Assembly: GCA_044892505.1 (NCBI GenBank)
Contig: CM097883.1
Span: 421,104,001-421,168,000, forward strand
Source of the DNA: Schmidtea nova
Taxonomy: Eukaryota
Length of the DNA stretch: 64,000 nucleotides
Direction of reading: 5' to 3'
Shown here: piece by piece, positions 1 to 11,694 of the stretch
How the letters are laid out: every line of letters begins with the position of its first letter
Position numbering within the stretch: the first letter of the stretch is position 1
Notes under the pieces: generated by a model
Seen by the model: only the letters and a program-made list of their open reading frames with translations
Told to the model about the DNA's origin: nothing
Databases searched by the model: none
Translations under genes and position numbers: made by a program

Positions 1-27
1 CTTATGGCATATTATTTATAAATTGCG

Positions 28-490
28 ATTTTGTGTTGCATAAGTTCCCGCCGTTTTTTAAACATTTATTTTGAAAGAAATCAAAGAATTTAACAGAAAA
101 AATAATAACACTTCAATCAATTATGTACTCTCCTTCATTGTTCACTATTTCTTCCCATCTTTCCACCAGTTTGTTGATTCCATTTCGCCAGAAATCACTA
201 GGTCAAGTGTCGAAGAAGTTGTTGAGCCAATTCTCAAGATGATCCTGATTTTCGAAGCTAAGACCCCTTATTTCATATGAAAGGCAGCGGAAGAGATGGT
301 CAACTTCTCGGGGAGAGGTCTGAGGAATAGGGAGGACCTCCCAAACGAGCTCTTGAAGTGCCATCTTGATAGTTTTTGCGGTATGTGGTCGAGCATATTT
401 CTAATGGTATATAACACTTCACCAAACATCAAAAAATCCTTGTATAACAAATAGTTTTATTTAATGGCGAGAACTTATGCAACAACCTAA
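28..490 (-). mobile_element. Internally deleted mariner element (transposase C-terminus between two TIRs)
   Basis: Manual minus-strand translation of ~118-400: ARPHTAK...WEVL...HLFR...GINKLVERWEEIVNNEGEYIID* (one internal stop). Inverted repeats TGTTGCATAAGTTCCCGCC (34-52) and GGCGAGAACTTATGCAACAACCTAA (466-490), the latter followed by TA. Confidence 0.8.
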
Positions 491-1009
491 TAAATACTGT
501 TTGTTGTTTTAAATACTGAAAAGCAGATCTAGTTCAATTTTGTATATGTATAATTCAAATTAAAAATACCTGGCCCCTAAATTAGATGAGTGGGGGTAAT
601 TTTAACAAATACTCGGAAAAATTCTAATATATTTTGGTAATATTATCTAATTATTAACAACTTAAGTATGTTTATAACTTTTTTCTGATTTTTTTTCGTG
701 GTCCAAAATTAGGCTCCTTTTACTTTTAAAATGGTAAAATATATTTTAGAAAAAGTGAATAACACTGTTTAACATGGTTCGTTTAACAAGTTCCTGGTCT
801 AATATATTAGATTAGAATTAAAAATAATAATTTAATAATTTTCAATTTTGAAATAGTCACATACTTTATAAGTGAAGATTTATACAAATCAGCATCTTAA
901 TAGTATAAACTTTCTATAGGAGTTAACACTGTTATCATACGGTAAATGAATCAAACTCTTTTGAATAGATGATGTCTATTTTTTATCAATTGAAGATTTT
1001 TTAATATAG

Positions 1010-2043
1010 TTTTTCAATTTATTGAACTATTCAACCATAAACAACAGACTATTCCAACTGGCTCTACACTCAAAAATTAGCTTTAATTCCTTTCCATATT
1101 CTTTTTTGAAATGCTTTTATAAATACACTTCATTTTTTTTTGGAGATTGTCGAAATATTTTTACAACTCTTCTTACTTTGAAAGTTTGCATTTCAATGTG
1201 CTCGTCACAATCATCATCAGAAACCTGTTCATCATTGTCAACAGTTTCATAATTATCTTCTCCTTAATATTTTCATATTATGATCACTTTGTTTTATATA
1301 AAACGACATTATTAGCTAGTTTGGTGAAAAGTTGCTACTCAGTTCTTATAATATTCCCCATCTTCATCGTGGATGCTACGTATGATTTCAATGAAAAACC
1401 AAACATATTTAATTTACTATCTAAAATTTTGATGCATTTCAGCAAGCATCGTTCCATGAATACGACCCAATACGAGGTTTCAATAAGTATCTGTTGTATG
1501 AAGATTTATGTTTAAGTATCTTCTATTTCTAATTGAAGTCCACTCATCGAAAGACTAAATTTTTCATTTTTGTAATGTTTTATGTCTTATTTTTACTCCA
1601 TATTTTTTCACAAATTATGAAATAGCGGACACTGATTTTATAATGTCCGAAAACACATGGGAAATTAGTCATATATCTTATGTCAATAGATTTGCTTATT
1701 GAATTAAACGACATCCCATCACTGCAAACTAACCGATGGCAAAGAATTTCTGTTTTGGGAATCAAAATAGTTTGTTATTATATTCTTCGATAAATTTAGC
1801 GCTGTAAGTAGTACGACATGTAGAAATATTAACATTTTCATTCGATAATGTTGATTCCCTTTTTCGTAAAATAATGTTAATCAACGCTTTTTTTCTGCAT
1901 TCCACTGCTGCTGCCTCCTGAATAGATAATGATTTTTTTTCACATTTAGTACGTTTGATTTGATTTTTGTTTGTCTTTCGAAGAATAAAATATTTCCATA
2001 TTAAATTTATTTTTGAAACTTCCGAATTTTTGCTGCATGGCAA
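1010..2043 (-). pseudogene. Degenerate hAT transposase (BED-finger type)
   Basis: BED-like IWKYF (ORF 1762-2043), LVCSDGMSFNSI, FSL.FDEWTSIRNRRYLNINLH, and VRRVVKIFRQSP...CRASWNSL; multiple stops and frameshifts. Confidence 0.7.
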
Positions 2044-3687
2044 AATTTCAATGAATAGTTTCTAAGTAATCGACTAACGCTAAAATTCGTTTATAGCTAA
2101 ATAAAGCTTAATAAAACATCTAAATAAAAAAAGATTATTTGAATTTTTCTGTTTATTTTGATACAAACAGTTTAATCTTGAAGTATTTATTTTACAAAGA
2201 GGTTTTTTTATTTTTCATTTTCACGGAACACACTTATTGATATATAAACAAAAAATTAAATTTTTTAACAATATCTTTTAATAAGGCCACAAAAACCTTT
2301 GAAATACAAAAAAAACAAAATTTAATTATTTAAAAAATTATAAAAATTGTTTTCGGATTTTTAATTTAAACTAAGCTGACATTATTCAATTGATAAAAAT
2401 TTTAAATTCTAACATTTTTGATTTTATAAAAAATTGAAAGCTACAGTAGCGTCGTAAGTTTATGTGAGAGGAAATAAAATACTATTGGATAAGTAATTTA
2501 TTCTAAGTTGACACTTCGTGGTCTTGTGTAAACTTTCAAGGGTTTTATGAATAAACCGGTTTCTTTGGTTCTGTATTTCTCTATTGGATTTTGTCCTGTT
2601 TGAGTAATACCGGTCCTGGAAACCCTATTCAGTTGAGCTAGTGAAATTTGCATGCGATAGAATAATGTTGGTAGAAATTTCGAAAATTATAAGTGTATTT
2701 TATTTTAAAAATATTTGTCGGGTGACAAAACAAGTAATAAGAGGTAAAGCTTTGTGATACCCATTTCAAAATCCCAATAGCAGACTATTTTGGCTCTCAT
2801 CAGTGCTGTGCGGGAGATGCACAGGTTGTTCTTTGGAACAACTTTATTAAATACTTTTCCTGGTACAATGGATATCACATCACGTGAAAATGCACGAAAA
2901 ACACGAAAATCTGTAAACTTGCAAACATGGTGTATGAACCTCATATTCGCCTCTTCGCAATAGTAATTAGTTTAACACAGAAACAGTTTGCAAGCGTAAT
3001 ATTGCAAAGTTATATTTTTGAAAAAAAATATTTTTCGCTTGACTATGTTTTTTTTTAAAACATAAATAAAAGGTAAAGCTTTGTGATACCCAGTTTCCTG
3101 AAAATGTTGTTTTTATGACAAGAAGTTATTTTCAAGTAGAAAATGACTAAAATGCATTATAAGTTAAATCTTTAATCTTTTTGACTACTTATCGATTTTA
3201 TATTCCCCCTGAAATTAACAATGAAAACTACCGGGAAAATTTCATATCAAAACCTATTGATTGTATTGTATATATGTTCGCTTAGAAATTTACATAATAA
3301 TGTTGATAATTATATCGTCATTTATCATTTATAATGAAAGTTATTCAAATCGAATGAATCCTTATAAATGTTTAACCAGTCAAATATACTAATCTGGTTG
3401 ATTAGTGTTACAAAAATTAAAAATGTAAATTGATCAATTTTGAAGATTAAGATTTTACAAATTGGATTTTATTGATGCTAATCAATTTTTGCAGAATACA
3501 TTTATAAGTGCATTCATTTGTCAATAATATGAAGGTTTTTCTAGATTGATAATGCTATTAATAATAATATTATTTATTGTTTGTGTTTTAAGCTATCAGT
3601 AATGAAATTAATAAAAAATTCCTAAAATGCAAAAGCAGAGCTCATTTATGAACTGATAAATTTATTTATTATCGAATATCCTTTTAG

Positions 3688-3864
3688 GATTCTTTACAAT
3701 CAACTAGAACTGAAACTCTTGATAGACAGATGGATATAATTGCGCAAACAAGTAGTTTTTTAAGAGATAGGGAAGCTGGAGAAATGATTTGTGAATTACG
3801 ATGCACTGAACTTGATCAGGTTGATTGCTTATGGCGAGATTATCAAACAGGTGTATTGAAAAAG
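3688..3864 (+). CDS. Internal exon resembling the C-terminal domain of DEDD (death effector domain-containing protein)
   Basis: Flanked by TTTTAG and GTATTG. Translates DSLQSTRTETLDRQMDIIAQTSSFLRDREAGEMICELRCTELDQVDCLWRDYQTGVLKK, which aligns by eye with DEDD LERQFERFNQANTILKSRDLGSIICDIKFSELTYLDAFWRDYINGSL. Other exons not resolved; not in the ORF track. Confidence 0.55.
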
Positions 3865-4211
3865 GTATTGTGATAATTATATATTGTAATTTGGTATCGA
3901 TATCAAAAAGTTACCTGAAAATTAATATTTATTTGTCTAGGTCTAAAAGATTAAAATTAAATATTTGTTGAATTACAGTTTGATTTAATCGATAATATAA
4001 TCTTCTATGACTTTGGTCCATGAATCTCAAAGCGTATAACGGATGCGACACAAAAATTTTGACAAACTTAAAGTGCTTATATATTATAGAATCTATAATG
4101 AAGATAAATTAAAATTAAAATAAATTTTTTAATATGGCCTGAATAATGTAAAGGTAAGTTAAAAGGAAGTTAAAATGACACTTGTAAAAGGCCATGTCGA
4201 AAATTTGTTAA

Positions 4212-6302
4212 CACGTTCGCGGGCTCACGAAATGTGAATTAGGCTAGAAAAAAACACTTATTTTTATAAGGTGTTTTGATTCATGACATCATCTCAAGTT
4301 GTATTTTGAAAAAAAAAAATATTTATTTTATTTTCCAAAAAAATGCGTGCGGCAATAGCCGTTTTGTTCATATTCATCGCATATTTGAACATCCAGGGAC
4401 GCAACGGCTATTACCGTAACGGGGTAAATAAGGCTGTTTTGAGCAAATAAAAGTCACATTTAGAAAAAAAACAATATGTAGGTATATTTATTATTATAAT
4501 GATGAAGTAATCAAAAAAAACAATGCTAAATATTTTTTGTGCCAATTTTCAAAGCATTCACCTGCACACAAAGGTGGATTATCCTCACAGTTTTTACATC
4601 TATATGATGTTTCTTTTCGTAATTTTTTTTACTGCATACGACGCATCTTCTAAAATATGTCTTCCGTTTGAAGCCCTCTGGAATCGGAATTTTCTCAATG
4701 AAGTGACCGTAACTGGATTCATCTACAGCACTGGAACTAGGTTCTATGTTTCTATTGGAATAGCCTCCCTTACCTGGTTTGGAAGTGACATTTTTTTCCA
4801 TCAATTTCTGTTTCGGAAATTCCAATCAATTTCTTGATGATTTGTCCTCTAAATTCAAGACTTGAAATGGATGATGGATTCAGCTTTTTATATAGTATAT
4901 ACGCATTGTCTACGGTGTTATCGAGTATGTGAAAAATTACTTTTTTGTTCCACCATACAGTTTTTCTTGGGCAGGAATAATACGAAATCATCTGATCGCA
5001 TCTATCGACTCCAGATATGTTTTCGTTATAACGAGCAATCTCATTCGTTTTTGTTTTCGTTTTTTGAAAACGATTGGTCACTTGGACCATTTGAGGCTTA
5101 TGACCAGTTGTTAAAACCAGTCTTAAAACGAGGGAGTCTACGCTTGAATTATTACTAGAGTTCTTGCCCTTATAAATTTTAAAATTAAACACATAACCTT
5201 CTGGTGAACACAATTCGTAAAATTTAATTCCATATTTGGATTTCTTTCCTTTCATAAATTGACGAAAAATTAATCGTCCTCTGAACAATAAGAGTGACTC
5301 ATCTAAAGACAATGCAGTGTCCGGATACATTGCATTTTGATATGACTTCAAAATTATTTTCTGCAATTCCTTGACTTTAGCCAGACGATCGTCATTCTCT
5401 TCGGTATTATCGTCACTCATATGAGAGCTGAAGCATCTCAAAATTTGCTCGAAACGTTGTACAGGCATCGTCGCACCAAAAATTGGATGGTAATATAATG
5501 GATCCCTTGAGAATAGGGTCCTCAGTGATGGAAACGACAATTGCCCCTGTAGAAGGCAAAGACCCAAAATTTTTTTCATTTCCATCATACTGACTTCTTT
5601 GAAAATACGCGATCTACTGTGTCTTGTTTGAGGACGAGAATTATTCGACATGCTTGTTCCATAGCTATTCGTTGAAGAAAGAATCAAATTCATTATGTCC
5701 TCGTTCCACAATTTTTCAAAAACTGTAAATGGTGAAGGATTTTCTCCAAAATCAATTTTAACTCCACTTTGTGTTTCATCAAATGGATAATTTGGAATAT
5801 CTGTGTAATTGTCGTACCAATAAGTATCATCATTCTCATACACATTTACTGGAATGTTCTCAGGAACTAATTCGTCCTCGCTTTCACTCCCACTACTATT
5901 ATCTTCAGAACTACACTCGTATTCAGTGTCTGATTCACTGAAATCCATTTCTTCGTCCAACATTTCACGTATATTGGGGCTATCCATTTCTGATAATAAA
6001 TAAAAGAAATTTGATTAGCAAAACACACGAAACGCATACTAATACTGAGGTATCATGTAGATAAGTCGCTGAAGTGAGTCATCTTCAAGCCATGTTTATT
6101 ACCGCGTGTTTTGGCGCCAAATGAATTCAAACCGTGTTCGTTGTATTTCTGTAGGGATATACGAATGCTACATATATGCAAGTTCTAACAAAAATAGCCG
6201 TTTCGTCCCTAGTGATAACGTTTTATCATGACGGCTATTACCGTTTCATTCCGTCCTAGACAAGCTCCTAGAGCGGCTATAACCGTTTCGTCCGTGAACG
6301 TG
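4212..6302 (-). mobile_element. piggyBac transposon, 2091 bp, non-autonomous
   Basis: TTAA TSDs at 4208-4211 and 6303-6306; termini CACGTTCGCGG / CCGTGAACGTG; subterminal CGGCTATTACCGT-type repeats at both ends. Confidence 0.92.
4526..5987 (-). pseudogene. piggyBac (PGBD4-like) transposase with internal deletion and frameshift
   Basis: ORF 4770-5987 has an acidic N-terminus, LSLDESLLLFRGR, KYGIKFY and YNENISGVDRCDQ. The Cys-rich tail (RRCVVC) lies in another frame (4526-4825). The middle DNxY segment is missing. Confidence 0.88.
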
Positions 6303-6599
6303 TTAAATTGAAAAGATTTTGATCAATAATAGGAAATAATGAAAATTAACGAATTTGAAGTAGATCAAATATAATGAAGGTCTCAATCTTCGGTTTTTCT
6401 CCAGTTTTTCAACGATGGCTTGCAAATACTTTTTTACAATCTACAGATATTGTAAATCTGGAAATTCCTTCAGTGAGAAGTGGGGTTTTATTCTGGCATT
6501 TCTTTAACAGGGTGTTTACATAAATAGTTTTTTATGAAAATTTCGTTGACATTTAATTTTTACGAATGATATAATAATAAATAAATTTGCAATAATAAA

Positions 6600-7426
6600 T
6601 TGCTATGCACTATTTTTGTCGTCTTATGTTTACATACAAGATAAATGGGGTAGTGTATTGTCTGAGCTATATGAGAGGTGAGGCAGAATATCCATGAAAA
6701 CTCACAAACTTGTGCACCGTGTTTATAGATGTGTGGGATATCATGTTATCGAAATGAAAAAATAGTCGTCTTCTATTAACCAATACATGTTGTTTTTGAA
6801 CAATAGTTACCTTCAAGTTGTCCACAATAATTAATCCAATTGATAGCAGCCCATAGTATACCATGCTATTAAAATCTCACTAAATACGCAACATTACTTT
6901 CTTTAATCAGAACAATATCTGAAGAGCAGTGACTTTTTACCACGATCTAAGGTGCACAACGTTTTTAAAAAAGAATCTATTTTTCATCTCCTGTCATTAT
7001 ATCCTGAATAAACGGTTGCTCTGATTCCTTTATTGAGCTAATAATAAATGAGTATATGTTGCTTCAGCTAATCATTAATATTATGTGGAACTCACACATA
7101 TGCATGATTAACCCTTTAGCCTGGTAGTGTTTTGAACTGTTACATGAGAAACTCTAACGATATCCGCAATCTCATGCAATGTAAAAGGTTCTTATCATTG
7201 TCGTGTCAGTTATATCAAGTCCTCCCGAGTGCTCCAAATCCTTAAGCTCGAATTCACAATTCCTAAATCGGGCATACCCTTTTTGCAGCACCCTATTGGT
7301 AATTGCATATATCTTGTATACTTTGCTGATTATTTTGACTGCCTGAGTTGCGTTTTTTCCTCCACGGAAATAATATAGTATGACATGTAGAAAATTCTCA
7401 TTTTGTTTGTCCATTTCACGATACAA
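6600..7426 (-). pseudogene. Degenerate mariner transposase relic
   Basis: 7172-7426 is an N-terminal HTH (LYYFRGGKNATQA...RFRNCEFELKD); 6667-6864 contains LVNRRRLFFHFDNMISHTS, a decayed HDNARPH motif. Confidence 0.75.
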
Positions 7427-7479
7427 TATAAATAAAATGCACTCCGCAGAACCCTAAGAATGGCAAAAATGCAGTAATC

Positions 7480-8100
7480 TATTATTGATCTGGTTGCAGA
7501 CCATGCATTCCGATGCTCCACAAGAAGTTTACACGTGGAATTGAACTTTTTGAACAGTATTCTAGTTGATGTTTGATCCGCCGGCTCATTTGTCGGGTTT
7601 GTATTGGTTTAGTGTACCGTGATTGTGGTGTTGACGCAACAATCGATGATATCGCGTATCACTATGGTTCTTACGGGTTCTCCTTCGACCCAAATTTTGT
7701 TTGACTGTTTGCTACCGATTTGTCTCCAATAAAATCACGACTCATTCCCTGTCAAAACATCGCAAAGCCGTTAAATCTTGTTCTTGAATTTATCTAGATT
7801 TTTAATGCCGATCTGTACATGGTCGCCTTGTTTTTTTCTCTCAGAACATGGGGTACTCTATGTGGCGGAATCTTTTGCATCTTCGTGCAATCGTGGATTG
7901 TATGATTTATTGTGCCATTACAAGGGGATATATTAGCTTAAGAACGAATTCTCCTCTATAACGTCACAAATAAACTTGATGTTTGTTAGCGTTTTTGGGT
8001 GACAAACTATCCTTGTCTTCAAGCTTCTCTTGTCCCTACTTAATATGGTTGACTCGCCTCGACATTGCTTAATTATGAGGTGTTTGGCCCTCGTTTAAAC
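7480..8100 (-). pseudogene. Second, different mariner transposase relic
   Basis: Manual translation: HRVPHVL...KNLDKFK...RLCDVLTGNES*FYWRQIGSKQSNKIWVEGEP (WVPHxL and TGDESW motifs), with many stops. Confidence 0.7.
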
Positions 8101-8594
8101 TGATATAATCAGCATTGATATACGATGGATCAAAGCCAAATGTAAAACCATATATTTTTTAAAGGGCCTTGCATTAAACAATTATTATTTGATATCAATT
8201 TATGTAAGTTTATAGTGTTACACGTAATTTTTAAGCTGAATGGATATGACTTAGTACTAGTCAATAATTTTTGTCTTATAAGTCAACTAAATCTGAAGAG
8301 TTGCAAAACTTGTTTATTGCCCTTAGTATTAGTACTTGAATGTAGCTTTAACAAATTAAAATTTATCAATTTTCAATTGGCTTCACATATCTTTTTGAGG
8401 AGCAATTACAGAAATTTGTATTTGTGCAATTATTTATTTTAAAAATACAATACAACGTTTTAGATTCCTTTTAAACAATAGAAAAATCTTAAATTAGGTT
8501 GGAATAATAATAATTTTGAGGTTTTATATTCTAAAACGAATTAATTTATGAAATTTTGAATCTTTGTCTTAAATTTATTTATTTTATTTTTCAG

Positions 8595-9182
8595 AGATTG
8601 TCAGAAATTTTACTGGCCTCCACAGAAACCAATGTGAGGCATATTAATGAAAGAATTCCTTATATTTCCGGTATGATGATGCCAAATTTAAAGTTGCATA
8701 TATTTATAAGTCGTCATGAATACGAGAGTTGTAGAGCTATTCTAATGAGAAATCTCTATCCTGTTTATGTTTATAGACAACCGTCACAAAATGGAAAAAA
8801 TTGTAATGGAAATAATCCTGTCAATCCGACTGTTCTACACAATCCAGGAATGCATAATGATCTTCACTGGAATAATAGAGCTCCTGGTGGAAATATTGAT
8901 GTTTCAAATCGTCAAAATCCTTCGTATACTAATAATCAGCCACAGAGATTTTCTGCTGTTCAGCATCTTATCGCCCATTTAAGAGAAGTACCTCAAATGA
9001 ATATGTGGTCTATTGGTCAACCGCAGATTTCAGTCGCTAATCGTCCGGTTTTGATGCACATGTTTTACCCACAAGAATCATATATTCCTGTAACAGTCAA
9101 TCCATTACTGCGGCCTATTCATTTAATGTCTCCTTTTGGTGGAGTAAATAATCAGTCTTCCACTTCAAGAACTCCTCAATAA
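8595..9182 (+). CDS. Terminal exon of a hypothetical protein with an N/P/Q-rich low-complexity C-terminus
   Basis: 195 open codons after a strong acceptor (TTTTATTTTTCAG); GC higher than flanks; AATAAA follows the stop. No family recognised; upstream exons unresolved. Confidence 0.6.
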   Translation, partial: RLSEILLASTETNVRHINERIPYISGMMMPNLKLHIFISRHEYESCRAILMRNLYPVYVYRQPSQNGKNCNGNNPVNPTVLHNPGMHNDLHWNNRAPGGNIDVSNRQNPSYTNNQPQRFSAVQHLIAHLREVPQMNMWSIGQPQISVANRPVLMHMFYPQESYIPVTVNPLLRPIHLMSPFGGVNNQSSTSRTPQ

Positions 9183-9454
9183 TAATAAAATATCTGGTTT
9201 TATTAAAAACTTTCGTTTTATCTAATTTGTATGAATTAATAATAATAATATTAAATTGAATTTAATTAATTTTGGGTTTGTTTAAATAATATGATATTAT
9301 TTACTTTTGAATATTTTTACATGTCTCATTGTAATATATTGTGTAGAATAAATATTAAATACAGAACGTCTTACAGGATTTTAATTACATTTTTGAAATA
9401 TTAAATAGTTTATTTATTATATCTATCTTAAATTTTGATAAATTATAATTTTAG

Positions 9455-9676
9455 GATCGCAAACAACGGTTATCTGAAAAATTTGTCAGTAAAGCGTCAT
9501 CTTACATTCCAGCTTTCAGTGATGTATTCGATGAAGAATCATTTTACATATTTTTTGCTGTTATGGCATTGTTGACATTTTTCGGTGCCTACATCTTATC
9601 GCATTATGTTACAATTGAGGATATAGATGACCTTGGCAGGCGTAGGAAAAAGAATTGTATCAAGAAAAATCAATGA
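9455..9676 (+). CDS. Terminal exon of a small single-pass membrane protein
   Basis: After TTTTAG: DRKQRLSEKFVSKASSYIPAFSDVFDEESFYIFFAVMALLTFFGAYILSHYVTIEDIDDLGRRRKKNCIKKNQ*. One hydrophobic helix and a basic tail; not in the ORF track because it has no start codon. Confidence 0.65.
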   Translation, partial: DRKQRLSEKFVSKASSYIPAFSDVFDEESFYIFFAVMALLTFFGAYILSHYVTIEDIDDLGRRRKKNCIKKNQ

Positions 9677-10599
9677 TAATATGAAAGAATTAATGATCTC
9701 AATTTTATTGGCCATTTTAACGAATGTATTTTTTGGCAAATGAAACCATTTTCATTAAAATTTTGATATAGTATTATAAGATTTTCCTAATTTAATTTTA
9801 CAATTCATGTCATATTGCGTTATTGTTTATTTGTCTAATTATTATAAACATTCTAGTTTTTATTACCTAATAATAGTGTTTACAATTTACTTTATTTATT
9901 TGTGATTAATAGTAAATAGAATTGATATATAATTTGACAAATTAAAATATAGGAAATACAATATTTTGTAAATAATTTTATTTATAATTTAAGGATGTGA
10001 ATGTTACTGAACAAGCTGTGTCGTGTAGTTAATTTATTTAAATGTTCCCAAATTGATAAATGAGAAAATGATTATCAATTGTCTTTTAATGAAAATATAG
10101 AAGTTAATAAACGCAAATCATCATAACAGTTTGAAAGTGTTTATTTATAGGCAACAGTCTATTTAAAAAAATAATTTGTACACTTTTAAGGACTGCAAAC
10201 TGGAAGAGGTCACTATCATGTAAATAAGAGTTGATATAGTTGAGTACACTCTTTCAATATTATTGTTTTTATAGAGATATTTTGAATGATTGTCTCTTAT
10301 TTTGTCAGTCTTTTGATGAATAAAATATGAGGTCATTCATTCCTACGATTTATCCGTGCTATTAGACAACAAAATTAATCACAACTTTTGTTTTTAATAT
10401 ATGGTTCCGCTATTAAAAGCAACCTAATATATTTTCAATTTTTACTCTTATTAGTTTTAATTGATTTACTGATCACTACACATACTCATATTATTCCATC
10501 TGGAATAATGATATAGAATTAGATTGATTTATCTATTATTCCAGCTGGATTCAGTATAAATATTCATTGTACTAATTCCACCAGGATTAATGTTATTGT

Positions 10600-10880
10600 C
10601 GGATTTCATTTTACATAGCAATTTCGACTTATTCCTCTGGCGTGGATAACTTTGCTCGGTTTAAACCTTTTACGAGCGATTGTAATTGAGATGTTAGTAC
10701 CATCCTGGAGTTTCGCTGGAAATAACTCGGTATGGTTGGTCAAAGTGGACTACATTACCGCCATGATAATCTTAAAATCTGCCTGGCACTTGGCCAGTTG
10801 AGCATTATACTCTGAGGATCATTTTTAGAGCACCCATTATCGCGGCATTCTGCTCTGCCGGTTTCTGTGGGAGTTTATTC
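10600..10880 (-). pseudogene. Possible highly decayed Ty3/Gypsy integrase C-terminus
   Basis: Fragments FDQPYRVIS and ISITIARKRFKP resemble GPYRV and VSIDRLKP; many stops. Confidence 0.25.
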
Positions 10881-11310
10881 TGTTTTCTACTATGATGCAA
10901 TAAATACATTCAAATTATATCGTTTCACTCATTAACATCCCATACACATAATGCTGCATCCAGAGAATCCATTCATTTATATTCTTCCTTAGGCTACCCA
11001 TTTCATCTAATAACATCATCACCACATTGAAAATTTGCTATTTAATCCATAAAAGTACACACAATTAATCAATTTGCAACTTACAACGCCCTATAACCGA
11101 AATCAAATTGCATGCATAACACTGAAATTGTCTTACTTGCAATTCATAACATCCTACATCATTAATAAAATATCTCACAAATCACAACAGCCAGTAACAT
11201 AAATTACTTGCAAATCGCAACATCATATACATGAATTACTCTTGCAGCTCACAACATTAATCTTTTTTTTACAATGAATCACATCACATCCCATCGAATT
11301 TACTTTATTT

Positions 11311-11669
11311 GGGTGTTTGTTTGAGTATATTCTTGTATGAGATAAACAATAAAATATAATAAATTGCAATTAACCAATTGCTCAACTATTTAAATTTTAT
11401 TTAATGAAAAATAAAATCAAATGTTTATAAGAATTACTCACGGTATATGTACATCAATGTTATTTCTAATTTCTTTTCTATTATATTCCTTTATTAATTT
11501 CCTTTTGACAATCGTTGATTTTCTTCTTTGCTTTAACTTCTTGATTTTCTTTGATTGTTCTTAGTAATTTTAATCTGGTAATTTGCTTGCTAATTTTTTA
11601 TCAATTCCTTTTTTTTGGTTTTTCAATTTTTATAGTATTTATTTTACTAAAGAAATTGTTTTATTGATT
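11311..11669. repeat. Dispersed direct repeat, copy 1 of 2
   Basis: Starts GGGTGTTTG(T/C)TTGAGTATATTCTTGTATGAG and ends TTGTTTTATTGATT; closely similar to 17531-17953. Confidence 0.9.
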
Positions 11670-11694
11670 ATTAATTTATTTAAACTTTAATTTT

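Noticed and set aside
2760-2830. Hammerhead-like CTGATGA...GAAA on the minus strand
   Set aside because: Stem I partner missing and stem II irregular; the second copy of the 22-mer lacks CTGA.
7108-7130. Lone piggyBac-like tip TTAA-CCCTTTAGCC (also TTAA-CCCATTAACGCC near 36047)
   Set aside because: No matching opposite terminus found.
11311-11669. Direct repeat as the 3' LTR of Gypsy A
   Set aside because: Not adjacent to the PPT, no TG...CA ends, and the post-PPT sequence is absent from copy 2.
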